Assembly (NCBI GenBank): GCA_022711495.1
Contig: JAKLEX010000001.1
Location: 291,379 to 355,378 of the forward strand
Direction of reading: 5' to 3'
Source of the DNA: Patescibacteria group bacterium
GTDB lineage: Bacteria; Patescibacteriota; Minisyncoccia; Phycocordibacterales; JAACPR01
DNA: 64,000 nt
This document shows positions 1 to 10,261 of the stretch, piece after piece (the first letter of the stretch is position 1; every line of letters begins with the position of its first letter). The notes under the pieces are model-generated. The model was given only the letters and a program-made list of their open reading frames with translations. It did not search any database and had not been told where the DNA came from. The position numbers and the translations under genes are program-made.

Positions 1-125
1 ATTAGATAAATTATTGATGCAACAATTAGACCAAAACTAAAATGCAATATTGACCATAGGTCTATAATATTTTTGTTATTCCATAAATCCATCAGAATAT
101 TATATCAGAAATATTGTTAGATCTT

Positions 126-200
126 TGGCTCCGCGACCTGGATTCGAACCAGGAACCAACCGCTTAACAGGCGGTTGCTCTACCGTTGAGCTATCGCGGA
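126..200 (-). tRNA. tRNA-Asn (anticodon GTT)
   Basis: The reverse complement folds as a cloverleaf: TCCGCGA acceptor, GCTC/GAGC D-stem, ACCGC-CTGTTAA-GCGGT anticodon arm with anticodon GTT, CCTGG-TTCGAAT-CCAGG T-arm, discriminator G and an encoded CCA. Confidence 0.85.
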
Positions 201-323
201 ATGTTTTCTCTTGATCGCTGGACGATTTTAAGAGTGACCAAAATCATAGCAAAATAAACTGGAAAATCAAAGACCCGGTCGACGCTCTTTTATTGAAACT
301 TGATATAATAAATCACAGCTATT

Positions 324-548
324 ATGTATGTAAAAGTTAAAGTTACTCCAAACGCCAAAAGGGAAATCGTATCCAAAATTTCTGACAACGAATTTGAAAT
401 AAGTGTCAGAGAACCGGCCGAGCATAACTTGGCCAATAAAAAAATCTGTACTCTACTGGCTTCTCATTTTTCTAATCCGCTTGGCGGTGTTAAAATAATA
501 AATGGACATCATGCCAGGACGAAATTATTAAAAATTGGTAACGACTAA
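324..548 (+). CDS. DUF167/YggU-family small protein (UPF0235)
   Basis: 74 aa. The KVKVTPNAKR...REPAEHNLANKKICTLLA pattern is typical of YggU-like proteins. Confidence 0.6.
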   Translation: MYVKVKVTPNAKREIVSKISDNEFEISVREPAEHNLANKKICTLLASHFSNPLGGVKIINGHHARTKLLKIGND

Positions 549-551
549 AAT

Positions 552-947
552 ATGGAATCTATCAAGACAAATATTAAAGCCACAAATTTTGAATTAACTC
601 CCGAAGTTCGATCTCATGTTGAAAATAAAATCCACAGCATCGCCAAATATTTTAATATAAAAGAGGACACAGAAATTCTCGCCCATGTTGAGATTGATAA
701 AGTCGCTGGCGAGCACCACAAACACGGCAACATCTTTCGTGCGGAAATTAATCTAACTTATGAAGGTAAAACCTATCGTGCCGAGGAGACTAGGGAGGAC
801 ATTTTTGTCGCTATTGAAGAAGCCGGCCGGGAAATTTCTTACGAGATAAAAAAAGGCAAAAAGCGCCATATTGGTTTAGTTCGTCGTGGTGGCGCCGCTC
901 TGAAAAGACTCCTTCGCTTTGGTCAAAAAGACGAATCGGAAAGTTAA
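552..947 (+). CDS. hpf: ribosome hibernation promoting factor / ribosome-associated inhibitor (HPF/RaiA family)
   Basis: 131 aa. The N-terminus MESIKTNIKATNFELTPEVRSHVENKI and the beta-alpha-beta-beta-beta-alpha core are typical of the sigma-54 modulation protein/S30EA family. Confidence 0.75.
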   Translation: MESIKTNIKATNFELTPEVRSHVENKIHSIAKYFNIKEDTEILAHVEIDKVAGEHHKHGNIFRAEINLTYEGKTYRAEETREDIFVAIEEAGREISYEIKKGKKRHIGLVRRGGAALKRLLRFGQKDESES

Positions 948-969
948 TTTGAAAGAGCTTGCGTCGTCG

Positions 970-1884
970 TTAGTTTTGAATAAAACCTCTCTTAAAGTCC
1001 GCGTAGCTCATCTCTTTTTTGCCTTCCGGAATAACTTTTTCTATTTCTAGTTTACCGTTTTGAAATTTGGCCGAGGTTATTTTGACCCGGATCTTTTTTC
1101 CTTTATGTTCTATGAAAAAGTAAACGCCCGGCCACGGATTAAGCGCTTGAATTTTTAGAAAATTTGAATATTGCGCGGCTGAATCTTTTTCGTTCAACGC
1201 GGTTTCGCCGCCATTTAAATTTAAAGAAATTTCTCCGTCCTCTTTGTTGATCTTTTTTGTGAAAGTCGCTTTGTCATGATTCTGCGCGATGGGTGAAACT
1301 TTTCCTTCAGCAAATTTTGGAATGATTTCTGCCAATAATTCGCCGCCAATTGTTGCCAGCTCTTTCTCAACCTCAATTCGCGGCGGCCATTCTTTGAATG
1401 AGACTTTTTTTGAAGTTAAAATCGGGCCATGATCCATCTCCGCGTCCACCAGCATAATCGTTACGCCGGTTTCCTTTTCGTCAGCCAGCATGGCTGATTC
1501 AATCGGCGAAGCTCCACGGAATTTTGGCAATAGGGAAGGGTGGACGTTCAAAGAACCCAGCTGTGGCAACGCCAAAACGCCGTCGGGGATTATTTTTCCG
1601 TATGAAGCTACGATGAAAAAATCCCAAGCCTCTCGTTTCAATGAATTGACGAATTCAGAATCCAGTCTTGCCGGTTGCAGAACTTTTACGCCGTTTTTCG
1701 TCGCCCAGATTTTGCTTGGCGGTTGATGCAAATGCTGACCGCGCCCGCTCGGTTTATCTGGCGCAGTGACGATAATTTTCGGCGTGAAACCGGATAATTT
1801 TAATTTCTCAAGAACGACAACGGCAAAAGTGTCCGTTCCCAAAAAAACAAAATTTAACTTAGTTTTTGTCTTAATGCTTTTCAT
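970..1884 (-). CDS. fmt: methionyl-tRNA formyltransferase
   Basis: The N-terminal formyltransferase domain carries SLNVHPSLLPKFRGASPIESAML, the HxSLLPxxRG motif. The gene lies downstream of def and overlaps it by 14 nt. Confidence 0.9.
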   Translation of the reverse strand: MKSIKTKTKLNFVFLGTDTFAVVVLEKLKLSGFTPKIIVTAPDKPSGRGQHLHQPPSKIWATKNGVKVLQPARLDSEFVNSLKREAWDFFIVASYGKIIPDGVLALPQLGSLNVHPSLLPKFRGASPIESAMLADEKETGVTIMLVDAEMDHGPILTSKKVSFKEWPPRIEVEKELATIGGELLAEIIPKFAEGKVSPIAQNHDKATFTKKINKEDGEISLNLNGGETALNEKDSAAQYSNFLKIQALNPWPGVYFFIEHKGKKIRVKITSAKFQNGKLEIEKVIPEGKKEMSYADFKRGFIQN

Positions 1885-2386
1885 AAAATTCTTTCGGCAT
1901 TTCCATCAACTCTTTAGCTTTATCGGTGAAAAGTACGCCTTCCAAATGATCAGTTTCGTGTTGGAAAATTTGAGCTAGCAGGCCGGTGCTTTCCATGATG
2001 AATTTCTCACCCCGCTCGTCATAAGCTTCTATCGTCACGCGCGATGAACGGCGAACTTTTCCGTATAATGGCCGAACGGACAGACAACCTTCTTCCACTA
2101 ATTTCTTATCCTTGGATCTTTTTAAGATAACTGGATTTATAAAAACCAATTTCTTTTTCCCGGAGAAGTTCATGGCCTCATAAGCCATCGGCGAGACGAT
2201 GAATAACCGAAGAGATTCTCCGATTTGCGGCGCTGCCAAAGCCACGCCGTCCGGTTCTTTTTCCAGCGCCACCGTCATTTCGACGATCATTTTTTGAATC
2301 TTGGTCGTTGAAATTTCTTTAGGATCAATCGCTCTGGCGATTTTTCTTAAGGCCCGATGTTCTTTTTGGACGATTCTTTTTGTCAT
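1871..2386 (-). CDS. def: peptide deformylase
   Basis: The motifs GVALAAPQIG, EGCLSV and HETDHLEG are present, the three conserved PDF motifs. Confidence 0.9.
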   Translation of the reverse strand: MTKRIVQKEHRALRKIARAIDPKEISTTKIQKMIVEMTVALEKEPDGVALAAPQIGESLRLFIVSPMAYEAMNFSGKKKLVFINPVILKRSKDKKLVEEGCLSVRPLYGKVRRSSRVTIEAYDERGEKFIMESTGLLAQIFQHETDHLEGVLFTDKAKELMEMPKEFYEKH

Positions 2387-2447
2387 TTTAAATAAATACG
2401 CCGTTTCATTATATCATTTACTCGCTCCGATTTTTTGCGGACTTTTT

Positions 2448-4358
2448 CTATAAGATGCTTTCGGCGTCAACCTGAACTTTGAATTGCGGCGGCAGATTTT
2501 GCAATTGGTGAATCAGATATTTGTCCGGCCACTCTTCGCGCGGGATTTTTATCATCCCGTGGACGATTTTTTGCCCGCGAACCGTTTCAATAAAGGCCGG
2601 ATAAGTAACCAATTCGCCCGGCTTCAGCGCCTCAATGATTTCGGCGAATTGTTTTTCAATCTGCGCCGCGGTTTTGGCCGAGAGAGACAGTTTGATAATT
2701 ATGCTGAATGGCGGATAGTTGAATTTTTTTCTATCTATGAATTCCTGGCGGTAGAAATCAGTCAGGTTGCCTTCAATGATATTTTTGAAGAGGATTTCCT
2801 CCTTATTTCTGGTTTGGATGATAAACTCCTGCGAAGCTAAAGCTCGAGCGCGCAAAAGAATGTTCAGAATCCTTTCCTTGATTCGGAAATCGGGCAAAGC
2901 GAACATTGAATCAATGGAAATGATACCAACTCTTTCAACTTGTTGATGCAGATACAATAAAGCCATTTCTGTCCCAATCAGAATACCGGCCGGCGATTCA
3001 TTGAAAGCCGCGGCGATTTTTCGAGCCTTTTCCGGAGTTTCAGCGTGATCTTTATCCAAGATAAAAAGATTGGCTCCCGGGAATTCTTTTCTTATTTCAT
3101 TTTCAACTTTCTCAATCCCAATTCCGAGCAGATTCAATCTCCAGCCGCCGCAATTTTTGCAGACAAAATCCGTCTCTCTGGTCAAACCGCAAGCGTGGCA
3201 ACGTAAATGATTTCCGCGCTCTTTTAGACTTTTGCCATGTAAAACCGTCGGCGCGCTGCAGCGATCACAATGCACGATGGTTCCGCAATCAGCGCAGAGT
3301 ATAATCGGCGCGATTCCTCGGCGATTGCTTAGCAGAAAGACGCGCTCGTTTTTCTTCAAAGATTCGGCCAGAGTTTTTCTCAGTGTTTCGGAAACGGCCG
3401 CTTCGGCGGCAATAATCTCGTTTTTATCTTTGAGGTTTATTATTTTTTGATTGGCGTCAGTTACTGATCGAAATTTTATCGGCGCGTGTTCCAAAAATTC
3501 CTGCTGGCCGTATCGCCACAGAGTTTCAACCCGGAGCATCAAATCTCCCAGCAAATAGTTGACGCCCATCGCCTCGGCGTATTTTTCCAGGAAAAATCTG
3601 AAATCAAAATAAGGTCTTCGGCGGGTTTTATATGAAGCCGAACTTTCTCTTTCTACGATGATGACGCCGATCTTTTCCAGAGGAACGCCAACGAAGCCGA
3701 CGGTGGCGATGACCAAGCTCGGCCGGTCTCGGACGGTTATTTCTTTCCATCTTTCAATCATCTTGTTTTTGCTTACTTTGCTGTGTAAAACAAAAGTGTG
3801 TTTTTCAATTCCGCGCGCCAATTCTTCCTCGGCGTAGTTGGCATCTTCTATGGTCGGAGCGCAGAACAAAATAGATTTACCGCGGGCGAATTGTTCGCGG
3901 ATAATGCTTTTGTATTCGGAATAACGGTCCTTGTCTTCGGTCTGTAAAATATATTTAGGTCGCGAATCTTTGCCGGTTTCTTTATCTTTTTCTTTTGCTC
4001 CGAGATCTTTTTGAAATCTGGAAACATTTTTTAAAACCTCTTCCGGTATCAACGATTGGATAATCGTTCCGGTTCCGGTAGCGAAATAATGCGCTGTTTT
4101 TTCCGCCGCAGAAATAAATTCTTTGGAGAAGAGGGAATTTTTTGAAATGCTGCGGATTTTTTTCAAGGCAAACCGCGACGATTTAATTTCTGATTTTAGA
4201 TTTTTAACCTCGGAACAGCCGATGACCAGTCCCTTGGTCAGTTTGTTCCGCAAGGGAATAGTCACGATGGCGCCCGGCGAAACTTTTTGTCCGGAGAAAT
4301 AAGACAGAGAAGAACTCCGGACGGATCTTGAAAATGGCGTAACCTCAACAATATGCAT
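2448..4358 (-). CDS. priA: primosomal protein N' (replication restart helicase PriA)
   Basis: 636 aa. A helicase core is present with cysteine-rich zinc-binding insertions CADCG...CDRC...CHACG...CKNCGG. Confidence 0.8.
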   Translation of the reverse strand: MHIVEVTPFSRSVRSSSLSYFSGQKVSPGAIVTIPLRNKLTKGLVIGCSEVKNLKSEIKSSRFALKKIRSISKNSLFSKEFISAAEKTAHYFATGTGTIIQSLIPEEVLKNVSRFQKDLGAKEKDKETGKDSRPKYILQTEDKDRYSEYKSIIREQFARGKSILFCAPTIEDANYAEEELARGIEKHTFVLHSKVSKNKMIERWKEITVRDRPSLVIATVGFVGVPLEKIGVIIVERESSASYKTRRRPYFDFRFFLEKYAEAMGVNYLLGDLMLRVETLWRYGQQEFLEHAPIKFRSVTDANQKIINLKDKNEIIAAEAAVSETLRKTLAESLKKNERVFLLSNRRGIAPIILCADCGTIVHCDRCSAPTVLHGKSLKERGNHLRCHACGLTRETDFVCKNCGGWRLNLLGIGIEKVENEIRKEFPGANLFILDKDHAETPEKARKIAAAFNESPAGILIGTEMALLYLHQQVERVGIISIDSMFALPDFRIKERILNILLRARALASQEFIIQTRNKEEILFKNIIEGNLTDFYRQEFIDRKKFNYPPFSIIIKLSLSAKTAAQIEKQFAEIIEALKPGELVTYPAFIETVRGQKIVHGMIKIPREEWPDKYLIHQLQNLPPQFKVQVDAESIL

Positions 4359-4413
4359 TACCTATTTTTATTACTTTTTTGGCAAATTGTAAAATTTTAA
4401 AAAAAGTATTAGT

Positions 4414-5439
4414 ATGATGTCACTTATGGGAATCTTTACACCTAAATTGGGGATAGACCTTGGTACAGCCAACACTTTAGTCTTTGTTCCAGGTCGCGGC
4501 ATTGTTTTGAACGAACCATCCGTTGTGGCTGTTTCCGAACAGGACAATAAGATTTTAGCCGTCGGCGCTGAAGCTCGCGATATGATCGGCAAAACGCCGG
4601 GAAACATTGTGGCTTATCGTCCGATGCGCGATGGTGTCATTGCCGATTATCGCGTTACCGAGGCCATGCTCTCTTATTTTATAAACAAAGCTCTACCACG
4701 GTTTAATCTTTTCAAACCGGAAGTTTTGATTTCTGTTCCGGCCGGCATCACTTCCACGGAACGCCGCGCGGTCATAGAAGCGGCTATTAAATCCGGCGCC
4801 AAAAACGCCTATGTCGTAAAGGAACCAATTCTGGCGGCTATTGGTGCCGGCATCCCTATAAATGATGCTCAGGGACGAATGGTTGTTGATATCGGCGGAG
4901 GCACAACCGACGTGGCTGTTATTTCGTTGGGCGGAATTGTGGCCTCAACTTCAGTTAAAGTCGCTGGCGATAAAATTGACAATGCCATTGCTGATTATGT
5001 TAAGAAAACTTTCAATTTGGCCATTGGCGATAAGACGGCCGAACGAATAAAGATACGAATCGGCTCGGCGGTGTTGTTGGATGAAGAATTGAAGATGGAC
5101 ATAAAGGGCCGAGACTTTTTGACTGGGCTACCACGCTCTATTGAAATTAAAACCAACGAAATCGTCAAAGCCATAAACCGCGAACTCCGCGACATCATCA
5201 AGGCCATAAAAGATGTCTTGCAGGAAACTCCACCGGAATTGTCTTCAGACATTATTGATTTTGGAATTACTATGACTGGCGGAACGGCGCAATTGCGAAA
5301 CATGACCGAACTTGTTTTCCGTCGAACCGGCGTCAAAGCGCATCTGGCTAAAGATCCGTTATTCTGTGTCGCCAAAGGAACCGGCATTGCTCTCAACCAT
5401 CTTGATACTTATAAAAAGAGTATTATCGCCAAGAGATAA
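4414..5439 (+). CDS. mreB: rod shape-determining protein MreB (paralog 1)
   Basis: An actin-like ATPase with LGIDLGTANTLVFV phosphate-1 and DIGGGTTDVAV phosphate-2 motifs. The first ATG may be 3-15 nt downstream of the ORF start. Confidence 0.9.
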   Translation: MMSLMGIFTPKLGIDLGTANTLVFVPGRGIVLNEPSVVAVSEQDNKILAVGAEARDMIGKTPGNIVAYRPMRDGVIADYRVTEAMLSYFINKALPRFNLFKPEVLISVPAGITSTERRAVIEAAIKSGAKNAYVVKEPILAAIGAGIPINDAQGRMVVDIGGGTTDVAVISLGGIVASTSVKVAGDKIDNAIADYVKKTFNLAIGDKTAERIKIRIGSAVLLDEELKMDIKGRDFLTGLPRSIEIKTNEIVKAINRELRDIIKAIKDVLQETPPELSSDIIDFGITMTGGTAQLRNMTELVFRRTGVKAHLAKDPLFCVAKGTGIALNHLDTYKKSIIAKR

Positions 5440-6137
5440 TGGACGAAATAATTCAACAATACAAGAAAAGCGGGACACTGCACCATTTTTATATTATCGC
5501 TGGCCAGTCAGAATCGGCGATTGAGAAAGTTTTGAATTTTTGCCAAGCCTCTCTCGTGCCGAAAGGCAAGTTTGCTTCATCGGTTTTTCAGTATCAATTT
5601 GATCGTTTGGTAATCGCCGACGCTCGGGCCATTTGCGCCCGTGGTTTGATCAAGGCCGAGACGGGTAGCAAAACAATTTTTGTAATTTCTTTTAATTCGG
5701 TCACGGCTGAAGCGCAAAACTCTCTTCTGAAAAGCATTGAAGAGCCAACGGCCAACACGATTTTCTTTTTTATTGTGCCTGATTCAAAAATCTTTTTACC
5801 GACGGTTTTGTCTCGAGCCATTCTGGTTAAAGAGGAGGCCGCCGAAGAAACGGCCGGCAGCCGACAACTTTTGGATGAGCTACTTCGGAAAGATATCGCC
5901 GGCCGAATGAAGTTCGTTGAATCGGCCATAAAAGACATAAAAAACGAAAAACAATCTCGTGCTTACGCCCGGGAAATAGTTTTGTCTCTGATGACCGGTT
6001 TGCGCCACTCGCTGTCTGAAAAACCGGAATACGCCGTTTCTTTACGGAAATTACAAGAAGTGAACAAGTATCTTGCTGACCCAGCGGCTTCTTTAAAGAT
6101 TCTGCTGGAGCGGGCCATTTTGTCATTACCAAAATAA
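5439..6137 (+). CDS. DNA polymerase III delta-prime-like clamp-loader subunit (degenerate, no P-loop)
   Basis: 232 aa. The motifs T.EAQNSLLKSIEEP...TIFFF and LPTVLSRA match the HolB/DnaX sensor-1 and SRC regions. The Walker A site is replaced by IIAGQSE. The start codon overlaps the mreB stop (TAATG). Confidence 0.6.
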   Translation: MDEIIQQYKKSGTLHHFYIIAGQSESAIEKVLNFCQASLVPKGKFASSVFQYQFDRLVIADARAICARGLIKAETGSKTIFVISFNSVTAEAQNSLLKSIEEPTANTIFFFIVPDSKIFLPTVLSRAILVKEEAAEETAGSRQLLDELLRKDIAGRMKFVESAIKDIKNEKQSRAYAREIVLSLMTGLRHSLSEKPEYAVSLRKLQEVNKYLADPAASLKILLERAILSLPK

Positions 6138-6159
6138 TTTTCTTTGATATAATTTACTT

Positions 6160-6711
6160 ATGACATACGATTTCAAAAAATTTAAGTCTCATATGGATGA
6201 AGTTAAGACTTGGTTAAAAGGAGAATTGGCGACAATTCGAACCGGCCGAGCTTCTTCGGCATTACTGGATTCCGTGAAAGTGGATTTCTACGGCTCTCAC
6301 ACGCCCCTTAATCAAACGGCGGCGATTATTTCGGAAGATGCCCGAACCTTGAAAATTAATCCGTATGATAAGACTCAAACGAAAAATATTGAAAAAGCTC
6401 TGACTGATGCCGATTTGGGCGTTTCCGTGGTGGTGAACGATGCCGGAATCCGCGTGATTTTTCCGGAACTTACTTCCGAGAGACGAGATGCTTTGTTAAA
6501 ACAAGTCGGTAAAAGAGTTGAGGAAGCCCGTATTTCTGTTCGAAAGAACCGGGATGAAACTTGGAACGACATCCAAGAGCGAGAAAAATCTGGTGCTATC
6601 AGCGAGGATGAAAAATTCCGTGCCAAAGAAGAGATGCAGAAAATTGTTGATGAGGCTCAAAAACAATTTGAGGAGATGTCGACTCTGAAAGAAAGGGAAA
6701 TTAAATCCTAG
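6160..6711 (+). CDS. frr: ribosome recycling factor
   Basis: 183 aa. Full-length similarity to RRF, including LDSVKVDFYGSHTPLNQTAAI and ARISVRKNRDE. Confidence 0.9.
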   Translation: MTYDFKKFKSHMDEVKTWLKGELATIRTGRASSALLDSVKVDFYGSHTPLNQTAAIISEDARTLKINPYDKTQTKNIEKALTDADLGVSVVVNDAGIRVIFPELTSERRDALLKQVGKRVEEARISVRKNRDETWNDIQEREKSGAISEDEKFRAKEEMQKIVDEAQKQFEEMSTLKEREIKS

Positions 6712-6714
6712 AAA

Positions 6715-7815
6715 ATGTTCTTGGCGGCTATTTTGTTGATAGTAATTCTGGGAGTTCTGATTTTTGTTCACGAACTTGGCCATTTTTTAATCGCCAAAAA
6801 ATCTGGAATAAGAGTTGACGAATTTGCCCTCGGCTTTCCACCACGGTTGTTTAGTTTCAAAAAAGGGGAGACGAAATATTCCATAAATTTAATTCCGTTT
6901 GGCGGATTCGTGAAGATTTTTGGCGAGGATGTTGACGATGAAAGTTCCGATCCAAATCGGACCGACAGTTTCCTGAACAAATCTAAATTGACGCAAGCGG
7001 TGGTTTTATCCGCCGGAGTTTTATTTAATGTCTTTTTTGGCTATGTTTTGATTTCTATAAGTTTGATGGCCGGATTTCCTTCTATTATTACGGACAGAAA
7101 CTCGGATTGGGTTTCAGACGCTCGCGTGGTCGTGAGCGGCGTTTTACCGAACTCACCGGCGAAAATGGCTGGAATTGAGCCGGGCGATTCAATTTTGCGG
7201 GTTGTAAAAGGAGGGAAGACCTTGGGTCCAGAAGAGATCACCGTTTCTAATATTCAAAATATTATCGCCGGCGGCGAAGCCGGAGAAGTTTCTCTAACTT
7301 TGATCCGAAACGGAGAAGAGAGAAATGTCGTGGTGGATACGACTCCCGGGATAATCGCCGATAAACAGGCCATCGGCATCTCAATGGAAAAAATCGGCAC
7401 CGTGAAGTTTCCTTTTTTCCGTGCGCTCGGCGAAGGGATAATTTTGACTGGTCAGACAATTAAAGAAGTCGCCGTTGGTTTGGCAAGAATCATCGGAATG
7501 GCGGTTACCGGACGTGCTTCTCTGAATGATATCGCCGGTCCGGTAGGAATCGTCGGACTGGTGAATTCGGCTCGAAATTTTGGTTTCTTTTATTTGTTAA
7601 CTTTCACGGCGTTCATTTCTTTGAACTTGGCGGTTTTGAATATTTTGCCTTTGCCGGCGTTGGACGGCGGGCGGCTTTTGATGATTTTGATTGAAGCGAT
7701 CTCCCGCCGAAAAATAAAACCAGCCGTGGCCAATTGGCTAAACGGAATCGGCTTTGCTTTGCTGATGTTATTTATGATCGCCGTGACGGTCAATGATATT
7801 TTAAGGTTGGTTTAG
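6715..7815 (+). CDS. rseP: RIP site-2 zinc metalloprotease RseP
   Basis: HELGHF (HExxH) sits in the first transmembrane helix. A PDZ domain is present. The C-terminal LDGG motif is present. Confidence 0.85.
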   Translation: MFLAAILLIVILGVLIFVHELGHFLIAKKSGIRVDEFALGFPPRLFSFKKGETKYSINLIPFGGFVKIFGEDVDDESSDPNRTDSFLNKSKLTQAVVLSAGVLFNVFFGYVLISISLMAGFPSIITDRNSDWVSDARVVVSGVLPNSPAKMAGIEPGDSILRVVKGGKTLGPEEITVSNIQNIIAGGEAGEVSLTLIRNGEERNVVVDTTPGIIADKQAIGISMEKIGTVKFPFFRALGEGIILTGQTIKEVAVGLARIIGMAVTGRASLNDIAGPVGIVGLVNSARNFGFFYLLTFTAFISLNLAVLNILPLPALDGGRLLMILIEAISRRKIKPAVANWLNGIGFALLMLFMIAVTVNDILRLV

Positions 7816-7896
7816 GTTCGGGCTTTCATAATTGATTACGGCGCCCCCTCTCTTCTCGCTTCTCCTTTCACTCAGATTTTGCTATATTATTGAGCA

Positions 7897-9156
7897 ATGA
7901 GGCAATCAAAACTTTTTACTAAAACACGTCGTTCGGCGCCGAAAGACGAAATTTCCAAAAGTGCGCAATATTTAATCCGCGCCGGATTTATCCATAAACA
8001 AATGGCCGGCGTTTATACGTTGCTTCCGCTGGGATTGATGACCATGAAAAAAATTGAGCAGGTCATTCGCGAGGAGATGAACAAAATCGGCGGAGTTGAA
8101 TTAAGTCTGACCGCCCTTCAAGATCCGGAAGTTTGGAAGAAAACTGATCGCTGGGATGACGACAAAGTTGATAATTGGTTTAAGACAAAATTAAAAAACG
8201 GCACGCAACTTGGTCTCGGATTTACTCATGAAGAACCTTTGACGGAAATCATGACCAATCACATTCACTCTTATAAAGATTTACCGATCTATGCCTATCA
8301 GTTCCAAACCAAATTTCGCAATGAATTAAGGGCTAAATCGGGTATTTTGCGTGGTCGGGAATTCTTGATGAAAGACCTGTATTCTTTCTCTAAAAACCAA
8401 AAAGAGCACGACGAATTTTACAAAAAAGCCCAAGAAGCTTATAAAAATATTTTTCATCGTCTAGGAATCGGCGATCGAACTTATATGACTTTTGCTTCGG
8501 GCGGAGTCTTCAGCCAATTTTCGCATGAGTTTCAAACCTTAACTGAAACTGGCGAGGACACGATCTTTGTTGACGAGAAGAAGAAAATCGCCGTCAATAA
8601 AGAAGTTTGCACCGATGAAATCTTAGCCGAACTTGGTTTAAGCCGAAAAAACTTAAAAGAAGTTCGCGCCATTGAAGTCGGAAATATTTTTAATCTGGGC
8701 ACTCGATTTTCCGAACCACTGAGTCTGGTTTTTGACGATGAAAAAGGCGAGAAGCATCCGGTCATAATGGGCAGTTACGGAATCGGTTTGGGCAGAGTTA
8801 TGGGCACTCTTGCCGAAGTTTTATCTGATGAAAAAGGGCTAGTCTGGCCGGCAGAAGCTTCGCCCTTCGCTGTTCATCTAATAAACGTCTCGCCGGAAGA
8901 AGAGGCGGCCGTCAAAACCGCTGAAGACTTTTATGAGAATCTGGTCGCCAACGGTCTTTCTGTTTTATACGACGACCGCAAAATGGCCGTTGGAGAGAAA
9001 TTAGCCGACGCCGATTTAATTGGCATCAAGACTCAAATTATTGTCGGCGCCAAATCTATCCAATCCGGCGAGTTTGAAATTCGGGACAGGCAAACCGGTT
9101 CAATCAAAAAAATGAGCGAAGCCGATATTTTAAAAGGAAAGTTTGCAAAAGCCTAA
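7897..9156 (+). CDS. proS: prolyl-tRNA synthetase (short bacterial form without INS editing domain)
   Basis: 419 aa. Class II motifs YQFQTKFRNELRAKSGILRGREFLMKDLYSF and GSYGIGLGR are present. Confidence 0.85.
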   Translation: MRQSKLFTKTRRSAPKDEISKSAQYLIRAGFIHKQMAGVYTLLPLGLMTMKKIEQVIREEMNKIGGVELSLTALQDPEVWKKTDRWDDDKVDNWFKTKLKNGTQLGLGFTHEEPLTEIMTNHIHSYKDLPIYAYQFQTKFRNELRAKSGILRGREFLMKDLYSFSKNQKEHDEFYKKAQEAYKNIFHRLGIGDRTYMTFASGGVFSQFSHEFQTLTETGEDTIFVDEKKKIAVNKEVCTDEILAELGLSRKNLKEVRAIEVGNIFNLGTRFSEPLSLVFDDEKGEKHPVIMGSYGIGLGRVMGTLAEVLSDEKGLVWPAEASPFAVHLINVSPEEEAAVKTAEDFYENLVANGLSVLYDDRKMAVGEKLADADLIGIKTQIIVGAKSIQSGEFEIRDRQTGSIKKMSEADILKGKFAKA

Positions 9157-9178
9157 AAAATCTATAATCTGGTAACCA

Positions 9179-10261
9179 ATGAAAGATTTCTGGGGAAAAA
9201 TCAAGAAATATATAGAAAAAATCAAGCCGATGTTGTCTAACGATATCGGTATTGATTTGGGAACAGCCAATACCTTGGTTTATGTTCCGGGAAAAGGCGT
9301 GGTCATAAATGAGCCGTCGGTTGTAGCCGTTAATCAGAAAACCGGCCAAGTTGTGGCTGTCGGCGCCGAAGCCAAAAGGATGCTCGGTCGGACACCGGCC
9401 CACCTGATCGCCACTCGGCCGATTGTTGACGGAGTTATTTCTGATTTTGAAATTACGGAAGAAATGATTGCTTATTTGGTTAACAAATCGCAGGAGGGTA
9501 ATAAAAAACTTCTCGGTCCGCGAGTCGTCGTCGGGGTTCCCAGCGGCGTGACTAACGTTGAGGCCCGGGCCGCGCGGGACGCCGCTATCAATGCTGGCGC
9601 GCGCAAGGTTTTCATCGTGGAGGAGCCGATGGCCGCCGCCATTGGTATCAAATTACCGGTCAATGATCCCATCGGCAGTATGATTATTGACATCGGCGGT
9701 GGAACAACTGACATCGCCGTGATTTCGCTCGGTGGAATTGTCAGATCAAAGAATCTCAATGTCGCCGGTGACGAGATGAACGAGGACATCATCAACTATA
9801 TTCGCAATGAATTTAAAATTTTAATTGGCGAGAAAACGGCCGAACAAGTCAAAATTGATATTGGTAAAGTTCTTCCGGATGGCGAATCGCTCGAATCTTC
9901 CGTTCGCGGTCGCGATTTAGTTTCCGGTTTGCCGCGTGAGGTGATCATTACAGAATCTGATGTTCGGGAAGCCATCGCTCAATCAATTGACAACATTATA
10001 GAAGCCGCCCGTGAAGTTTTGGAAACGACTCCGCCTGAAATTGTCGCTGACGTTATGAAAGCGGGAATTAATTTGGTCGGCGGCGGAGCGCTGATTCGCG
10101 GGCTGGATAAATTGCTGACTCAAGAATTACAAATACCGGTAAAAGTCGCTCCAGATCCTTTAACCGCTGTGGCCAGGGGAGCGGGAATTATTTTGGAGAA
10201 CCTAAAATTATACGAAAGCGTTTTGTTAGAAAATGAGGACGAACTTCCCCCAAAGGAATAA
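9179..10261 (+). CDS. mreB: rod shape-determining protein MreB (paralog 2, in mreBCD-pbp2 operon)
   Basis: The motifs IGIDLGTANTLVYV and DIGGGTTDIAVISLGG are present. mreC and mreD follow. Confidence 0.9.
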   Translation: MKDFWGKIKKYIEKIKPMLSNDIGIDLGTANTLVYVPGKGVVINEPSVVAVNQKTGQVVAVGAEAKRMLGRTPAHLIATRPIVDGVISDFEITEEMIAYLVNKSQEGNKKLLGPRVVVGVPSGVTNVEARAARDAAINAGARKVFIVEEPMAAAIGIKLPVNDPIGSMIIDIGGGTTDIAVISLGGIVRSKNLNVAGDEMNEDIINYIRNEFKILIGEKTAEQVKIDIGKVLPDGESLESSVRGRDLVSGLPREVIITESDVREAIAQSIDNIIEAAREVLETTPPEIVADVMKAGINLVGGGALIRGLDKLLTQELQIPVKVAPDPLTAVARGAGIILENLKLYESVLLENEDELPPKE